Of a DNA stretch of 64,000 bases, positions 10,326 to 22,401 are shown one piece after another (position 1 is the first letter of the stretch; the number at the start of each line of letters is the position of its first letter). The stretch covers positions 277,000 to 340,999 of the forward strand of contig RDEW01000028.1 of the NCBI GenBank assembly GCA_011109175.1, read 5' to 3'. The translations under genes were made by a program, and so were the position numbers. The notes beneath the pieces were generated by a model. That model made no database searches and was not told where the DNA came from. It was given only the letters and a program-made list of their open reading frames with translations. Source of the DNA: Dicyema japonicum. Lineage: Eukaryota; Animalia; Dicyemida.

Positions 10326-12417
10326 TATCATTCATGTAGAGCTAAATATCACGAACAAATCGAGACTCTTATGGTGAAAACCGCACCGGAATCATCAGTA
10401 CGAACTCTGTGGGATCAAACAAAACAGGCAATCTCCAAGTCGGCCAAAATATGCCTTGGAGTCCGAAATCATCACGCCCTAAAATTGGATCACCACCCGA
10501 ACGTGCCAAATATGGCAAAGCATTGCAGAGAGCTACGACTAAAAGCGGCAAACACGTCAGACGAGAGTAAAAAAAAGAGCTTAATATCCAACAAAGGGAA
10601 CTAAAGTGGAAAATCAAAAAGATGAACAGAAAACATTCACGGGAAATTATTACATCCCTATTAAAAGATGTGGAATGTCTAAAAGACAATTCAAGGATGT
10701 ATGCGGCTTTGCGGCTGCTGCGGACAAAGAAAGGACAAAACATCCTTCACATCAAAGACAAAGATGGAAAATTCGTGGGTAACCCGAAAGAAAAAGCAGA
10801 ATTGATTGCACGACACTTCGAAACACTGTTGAATAAAGAAAATAATGACTTTCCCCTTTCCAAAGAAAATCAAAGGCGCTAAAAATCCCAATCACAGTGG
10901 AAGAGGTGGAATTAGCGATAAATAAACTGAAGAACAACAAGAGTGCTGGGCCGGACAACATAAGCCCTGAGCTCCTAAAATATGGGCCAAAAAAACTTAG
11001 CGACACAATTGCAAAAACCCTAAATGCGTCTTTGAAACTAATACCGATCTAGGACTTGGAAATGGATTATTAATACCCATACAAAAACCGAACAAATCAA
11101 AAGGACCAGTAGAAAATCTCCGCCCGATAATACTTCTGAATTCGATACGCAAGGTGCTGGCAAACATTGCACTAAGCCGGATAAAGGGTATGGCGAATCT
11201 ATACCTACCAGCAAGTCAAAGTGGGTTCCGAGAAGGGAGGTCTACGGCAGACATTGTATGGAGCCACAGATGGCGCTGCGCAACGCACCAAAGATTCAAG
11301 AGCGCAACAACCGTGTTGGGAATAGATCTCTCCAGAGCTTTCGACTCAATAAACAGACAGAAACTGATGAATGTGCTTGAGCAAATATTGGATGAATCGT
11401 CGGTTAGGATAATCAGACTACTACTTGCGAACACAAGACTATCTGTGAGGACAGAAGGAGCAACTTCCCGCAGTTTCAAAACAACGATTGGGACACCCCA
11501 GGGTGATTCCCTCTCCCCTTTACTATTCACCATATACCTTGAATCTGCACTCCGCGACCTCCGTAAATGCTATATAGGAGACATAGAAGAGACATCTTAT
11601 GCGGATGATGTGGATTTTGTATCACGGGATGTGACCGCACTCCAACACCTGCTAGAAAATGCACCTGCGGAGCTTGAGAAATGGTTTCTCAGCGTAAATG
11701 TTAACAAAACTGAAATTACGGAAATCAAAAGAGAAGACGATATTACTCATGAAAGATGGAGACGTACTAATAAGCTCGGCTCTCTACTAGGAGACGCTGA
11801 AGATGTACTAAGGAGGAAAACACTGGCAAATGCGGCAATGGCTAAACTGAAGAAAGGATGGCTAAGGGCCAAAGGACTTGGAATTGACATCAGATGCAGG
11901 CTTTACAACGCGTTTGTGAAACCGATCCTACTGTATAACGCTGGGACATGGGGAAGTTCCTTCAACGAACTATTGAAACTGGATTCGTTCCATAGAAGGC
12001 AACTAAGAAGCTTACTCGGAATGGAGTGGCCACTTAGAATATCAACCACTGGTATCTACAAAAAGTGTATGTGTTCTTACATCAGCAAGGATGTGATAGA
12101 TGCCCGGTGGAGGCTATTTGGGCATGTACTAAGAATGAACCCGGACGCACCCGCTAACAAAGCGATGGAAGATTACTTTGACAGATGCGAAAAACCCTTC
12201 CGCGGACGACCTAGATCGAAACTTCCGACAGCCCTAAACAAAGACTTAAATCGTGTGAGAAAAAATTTAAAGACGGGAGACAACCTGGACGAATTGAGAT
12301 CACTCGCATTCGACAGAGGAAAATGGAAAAGACTAACTATAAATATTGTTTCTTTGAGTGTTGCACATGCGGGGCTATAATCATTATAGCTTTCGTGAAA
12401 GTGCTTTAATAATAATA
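10326..12417 (+). mobile_element. RTE-clade LINE, 5'-truncated, with 13-bp TSD and (TAA)n tail
   Basis: ORF 11154-12380 contains QSGFR, DLSRAFDS, PQGDSLSPLLF, YADD, RLFGHVLR, GRPR. TSD ATCATTCTGTCAA at 10313-10325 and 12418-12430. Confidence 0.9.
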
Positions 12418-12550
12418 ATCATTCTGTCAAGTAGGCGTGACCTTCAATGCCAATTTCAAAAGCTTTCAACTTAATCATTTCTAGGCACTACAAGATCCCA
12501 GAGACCTCGGAGATGGAGGACAATGGGAGACACCTCACGTGTGTAGAACA

Positions 12551-12750
12551 TCAAATCTTGATTTTTTTAATTGCTTATTTAAACTGCTTATTTAAACACC
12601 CTTTTTACAAATGAAATAATAAAATACTTATTTCAACTCTCTAAGCACTTTAAATCAAAACTAGACACCTGTGCACGCTTCTTACTATTAGAATAGGTCC
12701 CAGAAGAGACTCAGCGTCGTTTGTCAAATAATCGAAGCTCGCGACAGGCC
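12551..12750. repeat. Unclassified short interspersed repeat D, copy 2
   Basis: Similarity to 8750-8975. Confidence 0.7.
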
Positions 12751-12779
12751 TTCGTACACGTGGAGCGTGCACAAGTGTT

Positions 12780-13260
12780 TATTTTAGAACTAATCAATAT
12801 CTGGATTATGCAAATCCTATCATTGATTTTCCAATACTTTTCTATTGTAATGCTTTGATGTACTGCAAAGCCCATTCCATAGTGCTACTTTAGTTCCCCG
12901 AAGACATGCAACAGTCATTCCGTATTGCTGCATATCTTGGCAAAGCTGAATTTTTCGTATTTTAGAACCTATTCCTTTCACATTAAAAGTCATTAAGTTG
13001 AATTTCTTTCTTCCACAGTGTTTTTGAGACACTACCAGCACTAAGAGTATAGATGGACTTCACCAACTCAACCAAAAATTGTGGGACAATGACAAAATTA
13101 CGTTTAGTTATCCAGAGCCTTCGGACATTAATTCCACGGTTAGGTCCGGTTAATTCCGAGAACACCAGTGACTGTTTGAGCGTATTTCCCAGGGAAAAAA
13201 GTAAATAGCCATGCATGTTATCCCTTTATGACTCCCATACTTGCAGGATCATAGGCCTTC
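12780..13260 (-). mobile_element. LINE 5' fragment with APE endonuclease N-terminus
   Basis: KFNLMTFNVKGI...LCQDMQQYGMTVACLRGTK resembles the APE 'T.NV.G...CLQET' start. Confidence 0.6.
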
Positions 13261-13699
13261 TAGAGACCAGATAATAAGACTTTGTGGTATAAAAATTCTG
13301 TAATAAGTTTTACGACCTAGATATATGCATTTCAATGCTAATATCAAACACTTACAACTTTGATTTTTTTTACTTTTAATGCAAGTTCTTACAAAGACCC
13401 TTGTTACCGCCTAAAATGATAACTTGAATTTTATATTTATAAGGATCACTGCTAAGAATCACTGCTAAGTGGTCACGGTCCCTGTGGATTGATTTTTTGC
13501 ATCCTTCTATAATATACGCCCATCGCATTGCTTTCGAAATAAGAAACTATGTTATTCAATGGTTAGTATTAAGTTTTGTTCATTTTTTTAATAAAAACGG
13601 AAAATCGGATTTAAAATGATTAATCCAGTGTTAAAAAAAATAATAAATTATACTTTAAGTGTTAAATTCAGTCAAAAATGATATCAAATTTATTATTTA

Positions 13700-14490
13700 C
13701 AAAAGAAACAATTCAGATGTCACCTGCTAAGAGACAGTGAGCATTGCCACAAATGATTGGACTTCCGGGCCCTTCTTGCAACCGTCGCATTTTTAAAAGT
13801 TGTGTAACACTCACGGTTCATTACGTGATATTATCCTTTGATATAGCATAAATCGAGGAAATCACAGTTTTGGTTTCAGTGATTGAGATATTTGGAAGGT
13901 AAGTGGAAATAATCCCCAATGTTTGTTTTAAATCCATTTTCTGTATATGCAACGTTGATGACTTTGCATTTGGGCGCATTTCGCTTCATTCAAAGTGCTT
14001 TAAGAGCGGAGATGAAAGACTTAACTTTGACCACAAGTTTTTCAGTTCCCTCCAATGGTGTCATCGTCTAGATATCACACATTCATCGGAACTCTGTTCG
14101 ATAAAGCACTAGAATTGATACCCAAGGCTAAGGGTGGGGATCACGGATTTGAGGTGTGTTATCAAAAAATCAGTGTCCTAAGTAAACCGTATGGGTGCTT
14201 TATGATACTACCGATTTTCGAGATCCTTGAGAGACTTTTTCTGATTAAATCTCTGTTTTAATTTGTAGAAAATACTTTGAATTGGCTTAAGTTAATTTAG
14301 CCTTTGATGTTTCGTAAATTCCACTTTGCCGAGATCATTAAACAAATTTGCATAAAAGTATCGTCATCCTCCAAAAGGTTCTTCGCTTCCGAAGATCTGT
14401 CCAAGCTTTTAAGGTCTTTCCAACAAATAGTTAGGTGACCACCTGATCGTTTCTTCGCTCAGTTGCAATCATGAAAGCCAACGAGCATCA
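13700..14490 (-). mobile_element. Possible highly degraded hAT transposase fragment
   Basis: Only a DARWLS-like motif at ~14470 on the minus strand. Many stops. Confidence 0.25.
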
Positions 14491-15644
14491 ATTATAATGA
14501 GATTTAATAATTAAAGTCAAAATGTGACTTATCAAGATTAATTTAATATTTATTTAATTTTAAAATTTATTTTACAATATGGCGAACCTTTTAATGCATA
14601 TGTGATTTGCCGTTTAATTCCCACGTTGTTGTGGTCTGTTGTGGTCTGTTGGGTCTGTTATTTACTTTTTTGTTCTATCATATTTCTTGCTATATTGTAT
14701 TTTCTTTAACATTTTATGAATATATTATTGGATTCATCATATAGTGCTGAAGTCTATTATCAAAATGTCTAATATCTATATATTTTGATAACCTATAAAT
14801 ATGGATCGTTCTTCACTATTTGATTTGTCTTATTGATTATAATTCATCACGAGAGTCTTAATATTTATTGTTGTAATGAAAAAAATATTTATTATTATGT
14901 CAAAGGTAATTATATTAATTTAGGGTGTCTGAATCTGACAATAGGTATCGAGATAGCTCTCAAAGCCGTTGTTTCTTTTGTATTCTTTATATTCTTTATT
15001 CGATTCTATTTTTATGGATTCGTCACATAGCTTTGAAGTATATATTTTGGTGACATTAATTAATGACAGATCAGAGGATGTTTTTCATTGTGACAAAATA
15101 AGAAAATCCTGATTGCAATCTTTTACCTCAGTGAGCTCAGTAATATTTTAAATTGCATCATTTTTTATCTACGTATTTCTTAATATCCTCCTTGTCATTT
15201 TCGAAAAATATTCCTTGAATATCATTGTATGCCCCATTAATTCAGTAATCTGAGGGTGGAACTTTCATAACTAACTTTTCCGAGTATTGTACTTTTACCA
15301 ATTACAGCAAACAGATATAGCACGCCTATTTGAATGATGTAAAATACTTTACCTTTGGAATATTGCAGATCTGAATTTTTTCTTTTCTGTGATTTAAATT
15401 CAAGTCTCTTATTATTTTTTGAAAAAAATAAAGAACACAAGATTGGGGATCTTACTTTAACTGAAGAGCCATTTCCAACATTGAGGATAAATTGGTCATT
15501 TGATGAGCCACCCGATACGACAAGTTAAACTTCTGAATAAAATATGGTACTTTTCTCTCAGTCAAATCAATGCACCACATGATGAGCTGATTGCAATCCT
15601 TCCAACATACAGGATAGGTATGCATCATCATTACAAACGAAGTT

Positions 15645-15960
15645 TATTATTATTAATTATTAATAGCACTTTCACGAGAGCCATGATGTTTATAGCAAAA
15701 AAAAGACAAGAGAAAGAGTTACCTTGCTCAAGGCTTTTCTGTTCTCAGCCAGATACCTCAGTGTGTCCAGGTCATCAGCAGATGCTAGTGTTTTTATTTT
15801 TTTCTCAAACTCGTGATTATGAGAGATTCCTTCTTTGGGAAATTCAAAATTATGATATGTTCTTAGGCTTTTTCTGCATCTTTGTCAGAAAAATTATATA
15901 GTTTTTTGTCACCGAGTGCTTTGTATACATATAACCCTTAAAACAAATTTTTTTTCCTCC
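15645..15960 (-). mobile_element. RTE-clade LINE 3' fragment
   Basis: DDLDTLRYLAENRK parallels DNLDELRSLAFDRGK of the 10326-12417 RTE. Ends in the same gctata..atggctctcgtgaaagtgc motif plus (TAA)n. Confidence 0.7.
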
Positions 15961-15964
15961 TTTG

Positions 15965-16250
15965 TTATTCGACATGGAAATACATTTCTTGAGCAAGAAA
16001 AAAGACACATGTGGATCTAAAGATGATAGTCTCCTTGTAAAGGATTCAATTTCATTATCCTTACTGGTAAGGCAGTTTTCCAGCTATCTTTTTCGATAGG
16101 GCTGCCTAGGAACTGTGCCTTGTCCAAGGAGGATATGCTGAAATCTGGAAGTAGGGATTCGAATTTCTGGCAGGTAGTAGAAAAGCTTGGAGATGAGCAG
16201 GAAATATTGATCAGTTCCGATTTCATAACATTGACATTTAAACCCAATTG
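15965..16250 (-). mobile_element. CRE-clade RT fragment
   Basis: LGLNVNVMKSELI...FLGSPI...LDPHVSFFLLK. Confidence 0.65.
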
Positions 16251-16323
16251 ATTATTTATAACATTGATTCTTAAACCCAATTGATTATTTATAACATTGA
16301 CTCTTAAACCCAATTGATTATTT
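16225..16323. repeat. Tandem repeat, 3 x 33 bp
   Basis: Unit ATAACATTGA(ca/tt/ct)(t/c)TTAAACCCAATTGATTATTT repeated three times. Confidence 0.95.
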
Positions 16324-16351
16324 ATACCTGATAGCTTAGCATAAAAAATTG

Positions 16352-16980
16352 TACACTTAAGTTCTCAATTTTTTTAGGGGAGTAGTTTCATTTTTTATTA
16401 GTTCCGACTTTTATTTTATATATAGAGCTTCAATGAGTTTTTTATTTTCATTAACTTTTTAATTACGGAACAAACAGGAAATTTATATTTTACTGATCAA
16501 TGAAAATCGTACATTTGAATTTTCAATATTTTGTGTGTTCACTATGTGCCGAATATACGTGCCAAAATCGTTTTTTCATTGAATTAATGGGTTTCTCTGT
16601 TAAACTTCGTGGGATTTCCTCCAAAACTCTTAAAACTTCCATCTTCAAGTCATTTATGGTCCCGTAATTGCTTTTGTACGTTTCTCGTTTTACGTGACTA
16701 CACAAAATTCTCGATGGGGTTTAAATCCAGAGACTGAGCGGGTCACTTGATTTGTTTAATTTGTTTTTCATTAAAAAAACTCTTTTACAACCCTGGGTTG
16801 GTGCGTTATCCTGCTGAAAAACGTAGTCTCCTAGACCCATTTTTCTCAACAGACTGAGGAAGATGATTTGTATGAATGCTCATGTATCTTGCAGCATTCA
16901 TATTACCCTCAATGGCTACCAAATGGCCTACACCGTAATAAGAGAAACACCCCCAGAACATGATTTTTTCTAAAATTGAA
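16352..16980 (-). mobile_element. Tc1-family (DD34E) transposase 3' fragment with probable terminus
   Basis: MFWGCFSYYGVG, FQQDNAP, PAQSLDLNPIEN, SMKKR..V.....HTKY*. TA-CACT terminus-like sequence at 16353. Confidence 0.85.
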
Positions 16981-16989
16981 ATTTCAGTA

Positions 16990-18640
16990 AGCTAACCTTT
17001 TCTAAACTTATGAGTTTGGATAATTTTCTGGAGACATATATTTCCACATGTTGGCGTTTGAATGTAATTTTAAAATGATGTCATTTTTTAGATTTATAAT
17101 TTCTATTTGGAATCTTTCTTGGATCAACGTCAAAATTTTTTCTAAATTCTTCTGAAACATTTTCGATGTCACTCTCCATGAACGGAGAAGCAAAGAAAGT
17201 GCATAAAAGAGTAATTTTCTTAAATTCGCCAAATCTGTGATTAAACTCGTTCATTATATTTTGTAGTACCACAGCAAATTCTTTGACATAATGATAAGTT
17301 GTTTTGTGAATTCAACTTCAATATTAGGAAAATGGGTAAAATTTTATTTTTGGATTTCAGATCTCCAATTCTAATCTCATTTTGAAAGAATTTATCGAGC
17401 TGATCATATCGAGAATATATTTATTGTTTCCCTATGACATCAAATTTAATTCATTCAGTTTTGTGGTAATATTAGTTAAAAATGCCAAGTTTAAAAGCCA
17501 ATCAGGATTATCAAGAAAATTCCAATCCTTATTGTTTTCTTTTGAAAATTCTTTAATATATGGTAAAAATTATCTGAAACGAGTGAGAATTAATCCCTTG
17601 CTTAATTATCTTGTGTCACAGTGCAAAGGTAGATCGCGACAGTTTGAAACGACTAGTTCTATAAAAAGTCGAAATAATCTTCTTTGTAGGGCCTTAGCAC
17701 GAATAGAAGTAATAATTTTAACGGTTGTCTGCATAACATATTTAAAATTCAACATTTTTCCACATAATGCATGTTGGTGAATGATGCAATGGTATGTGAA
17801 AAAAATTCGGGAAATGAACGTCTTTCCGACAAAATGCAAGAAATCCATTTTGATTTCCAATCATTGCAGGCTCTGTTGTCATGGATATAAGTTTCTAATG
17901 GCAATAAATCGAATAATAAAAAAAACTTTTTGAAAGAATTATATATATTTTCGCCAGTTGTTTTTTCTTTCATAGGTATAATAGCAAATAATTCTTTTTT
18001 GACAGTTAAATCATGAAAAATTTAAGGGTAAAATACACATAGTTGCGCAATATTAATCGCATCGTTTGATTCGTCGAACTGAAGAGAAAAACTTGAACAT
18101 GAGTGCAGATTTTTTTTAGCTGAGAAAAAAATTGTCGGAGATGTTTTTAGCCCATCTGACAACTGACTGTTTTGAGAGTTGCATGTTTTTAAAGCAATTA
18201 GTAATTTCCTGTTTATTTTTCATATCCTTAAATAATGAATCAGCCGCTTCCAAAAAACATGATTTTAAAATATCACCATTAGTGAAAGGTTTTTTTGTGT
18301 TTTGCAAGGTGAGTGACATGCAATGATGAAATTGTTGCGGATTTTGACGAAATAATTTTTTCAAAGTTATATGTTGAGAAAAAAAAGATTTTTTTAATTG
18401 TTCTACTTACTCTTTTTTTAAATGAAATTTAAAAGAAAATCATTGTTGAAATAGGGATATAATGAATTAAAGTGCCGACGAAAATTTCCTCTTTTAGGTG
18501 ATGAAATAATTTTATTGCATAACATACATGTGCATTTTTCCATGTGCGTCGTAGAAATATAGTCTTCCCATTTGACATTAAATTTATATAATTTATACTT
18601 TTCCGAACATTCACCGAAAAGAACGTGAACATTCCTCACG
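16990..18640 (-). mobile_element. hAT (Charlie/GTF2IRD2-like) transposase, degraded
   Basis: BED finger CMLC...NFRRH, KKPFTNGDILKSC, FSLQFDES.D....QL, CIIHQHALC, LHCDTR.LSKG. Confidence 0.85.
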
Positions 18641-20350
18641 TAATCGTCAAATTGACATTAAAAATGCCTTTAACTCGATACGAGTGATACAATTCTGGAG
18701 GATTGCTTCACATACTACCCATCAGTGTACAGCTATATTCATAGCTCGTATGGAAAACCATCCAGTCTGGTACACGGCCAATATTACATTCCATCGTCTT
18801 CTGGAGTCCAACAAGAAGACCCACTGGGGCCCGCCTTGTTCAGCCTGGGAATTGCCCGTATCACAGGATACTGCTCTACTCCTCTGAGAGTATGGTATTT
18901 GGATGATTGCACCATGGGCGGCCATCCGAAGGATGTACTAGATTGTTTGAAAAGTCTGATAGTACAATTGGAATCCCTATGCCTAACTCTAAACACCAAT
19001 AAGTGTGAAGTAACCAATTTTGGATTTCCACAGTCTGAATGGCATCTGATCCTTGGTATGTTCAGAGAGATCATCCCGAAAGCCACAGAAACCAAATCAG
19101 AACAACTGGAAATACTTGGATGCCCTCTTACTGATGCTGGAATCAGTAACACTCTAAGAACAAAAGAACATAAACTAAAAACAACATTCAGACGTCTGGA
19201 GATGCTGGACGCACACACCTCCCTATTCTCCTGAGAAACGCCTTATCAGCACAGAAACTGAACTACGTTCTTCGGGGGGCACCCTGCTACTTGAAAATGC
19301 AACAGCTCGATGCTATCGATTCCCTCTTCCGGAGTACTATTGAACGTATCACAAATGTGAAATTTGACGACCAAGGGTGGGACCAAGCGACCCTACCCGT
19401 TAGCCTGGGCGGACTGGGAATCCCTTCAACGAAAGATCTGGCTTGCCCTGCTTATCTATCCTCTTTGGGCTCCAGCCGACTGCTGGTCAGGATGATTCTC
19501 CAACTCCAAACAGAATCATCTGAAATCACAGAGATGGAGCATTTGAAGGGGATGATGCCTGAGCAGAAAGATCGTTACAGGACCATCTGCGAGGATAAAT
19601 ATGAGAGGCTTCTGAACCAATCAAACCAACACAGACGTGCCTGTCTAGTCACTGGAAGATGCGAATCGAGTGGCGCATGGATCAATGCACTCCCAGTTGG
19701 CAGTGTCGGGACCCACTTGACGACGATACTGTCCGCATCGGCATCTCCACCAGACTTGGACTGGAGATTTGCCGGACCCACAAATGCCGATGTGGCGCAA
19801 CCGTCGATTGTTATGGACTCCATGCCCTCTCTTGTCGAAGGAGTGCAGGACGATTCCCAAGACACAAGGCGATCAACGGAATTGTCAAGCGAGCCCTGGA
19901 GTCTGCGGGATACCCAGCCATACTAGAACCTGTTGGTCTGGACAGAGGAGACGGAAAACGTCCCGACGGGATCACAATTTTCCCATTCGAAGAGGGGAAA
20001 CCTTTGGTCTGGGACGCTACTTGTGTCGACACGCTTTGCCCGTCCAACATTGTCGGGAGCGCGGTAGACACACTGTATTCCGCGGAAAAAACGATGAGGG
20101 CAAAGGAGAAGAAATACGAAGCGCTACGCGACCGATTCGCGTTTTATCCGATAGTGGTCGAGACAACTGGAGGAATAAGTGGAAAATCGCTTCGCTTCCT
20201 AAAGAAACTTGGACGCTTAGCTACACTAAAAAGCCACGACGCACGTGAGACCCGGTGGCTACTCCAGTTGATCTCTGTTGCAATCGTGAGAGGCAACGCA
20301 ACGTCGATAATGTCGGCGGGGTCCACTTTGGATGGATGGCAGTTTTAAAT
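18640..20350 (+). mobile_element. CRE-clade element, 5'-truncated (RT + RLE), related to 5598-8390
   Basis: VQQEDPLGP, WYLDD, CRCG, RPDG, LVWD, VETTG, WLLQLISVAIVRGNA. Confidence 0.9.
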
Positions 20351-20534
20351 ATGATTTACTGTAAATGTGGTTTTCTGATTTAAATAAATTGTATTTATAC
20401 TTTTTGCTACAACTCATAACAAGCCACGTGAAAAATATTAACTTTAATATTGATAAATATTTTTTATAATAATTTAAAAACAAAAAAATAATTAGCAATT
20501 TGTATATCAAGCTTTAAAAATCAATCGATTGCGA

Positions 20535-21960
20535 TCGACCCGCCGTTGGCCACTCCTGCCCTAGAGGGTCTCCTGCTGAACACCTGTGCGTGAATAAACG
20601 ATATCGCTTCCGTAAACTAAGGCTGAGTCCGTCCCATACGATAAGTGTACTAGACGGCCAATCTCTGGAGCTCTCTTCCAACAGGTTTCCAAAATACAGT
20701 CTCTCCTCAGCGAGTTGAAGGCATTTGATATATCAAGATTCAGGCTTAGCCTTTGGATCTGGGAATTATTGTTGTTGAAGTAACTCCTCACGGCGTGAAC
20801 TGCTGCCTCTCAACCACCGGTCACTCCCACCCCAAGTTGAGTCGGGAACAGCTCTTCAGCAATATTGTGGTATACTCTCCGGGCAGCGATTTTAGCAGCA
20901 AGCCTTCGAATGTATGTACCGATCGCAATTGGGCGGACCTCCATCTCCTTTTGAAATGCCAATAGATGTCCACAAAAAAGAAGATCTCTAGCAAATTTTG
21001 GAATATCTCCATTAACTAGCAGCAAAGTGATAGACGTTAACAAGGCACGGCTGGCTTCAGCAGTAGATTCGGAGGTTAAGTCCTTTACATGGCTTGGGCG
21101 CAGTCCGTCCAGACCTCCACAGCTACTGGGAGCAAAAGACTTTATTCCACGCACTACTTCAAATTCCATGGGAGTAAATGCCTGGAGGTCTTCAGGCATT
21201 GTCAAGTTTCGGTGGTGGAGCAAGGTGCTTCTTTCTCAGTAATTCCAAAACTTAACGGCTTCAAAAGTTATTCGTAACAAGACACTACTCTTACAGCTGC
21301 GCGAATGTCCCCTTCTATCAGTTTTCGGTTCATTCTCTTTTGAAATGTTTTAAAATCTTCCTGTTTACACCCAGCTTCTGTAGACAACTGTTTACGCCGA
21401 AGAACTTGCTCAGGCTCGATTCCTGAGTCTTGCTGCGTTGAAGTGGCCAAAAGGCAGAAGTATTCTTGATTTTTGAGGCCAGTGATCCGTTGCGAGCTTG
21501 CTCTGAGGCAGAAATTCCTAGGGTCATAGGTGCAAAGCTCAATAGACGTATCCAAGAGGCCTGGTCGCTGGTACTGTTGGCTTTATAAATTAATGACGTG
21601 AGGCATCAGCATCTAAAATTCGAGCGGCCTTTGGTATCCTCAGTGGAATCCATCTACCTTTCCGACTCTCCGATAGGCGTACCAATGAGGGTTTAATTTT
21701 TCAAGAATAAGAATAAGAGGGATGACTGAATTCAGCCGGATGACGGCACCGAGCAGGGTCGGCATCCATCAGTATGCGCAGTCCCATTTGTAAAAAGTTC
21801 TCGCAGCGAATTTCGACATTCGGACACACCCGAAATGGGAAAATCTCTCGCAAGATGTGCAATTCAACCCGTACTTCCTCGCGTTGCAATATCCACAAGA
21901 CACGCACTGCTCTTTTGATCTCGCAGGTATAAGTAGTATTTCTTCGAATGTAACGTGATC
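20535..21960 (-). mobile_element. CRE-clade element 5' half (PHD + RT N-terminus), degraded
   Basis: PHD-like CGYC...CTSCERFSHFGC...WDC. SFAPSSCGGLDGLRPSH, VRPIAIG, DISNAFN, GVQQ. Confidence 0.85.
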
Positions 21961-22129
21961 CATAGATGGATACTGAACAGAGTCAGACTTGGCCTGATTA
22001 TTTTTCTGCATGTTTTTTTTCTGATTTTCCTTTCTTTTTATTCTTTTCTTCTTGGCACCACATTGACTGCTCACTCGAATTGATTTACTTGCATGAAAAT
22101 AAGTACCCAGACTCCTTCCAATGTCATAA

Positions 22130-22352
22130 AAATCCATCCAGAACATGCATAAAAGGAGGAAGACGTTATGGGAACCCCTCCAGTTGAGTGGATGAGAGAA
22201 AATGATCCTTTTCAATGCCATCATGACACTGGGCGCCACTTGAGACAGGTGGATCACATGACGCCACTATATTAAAAAAGGGAAGAGGAACAAAGGAAAC
22301 AAACAGAAATCATTAATCAGTAGCCACAAAGATAACGTTGATGCCACGTGGT
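22130..22352 (-). mobile_element. SINE-like family A, diverged copy
   Basis: Homologous to 1852-2178 (atgatcc...cactgggcg.cact..gacaggtggatcacatgacg). Confidence 0.65.
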
Positions 22353-22401
22353 TAATTTCATTGGTCCTATTTAATAACATTTTAAAATAAAGTAAAAACT
22401 A

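Noticed and set aside
5598-12380. Retron, DGR or group II intron systems suggested by the RT ORFs
   Set aside because: The RTs are eukaryotic non-LTR types with RLE or APE domains, simple-repeat tails and TSDs. No msr/msd, TR/VR pair or intron domain V is seen.
14600-15640. Possible degraded intron-containing gene on the minus strand
   Set aside because: I could not splice a continuous frame or recognise a domain.
16225-16323. CRISPR-like array
   Set aside because: Units are contiguous with no unique spacers, there are no cas genes, and the context is eukaryotic.
21769-22257. 162-aa ORF as a host PHD gene
   Set aside because: Chance read-through from SINE A sequence into the CRE PHD.
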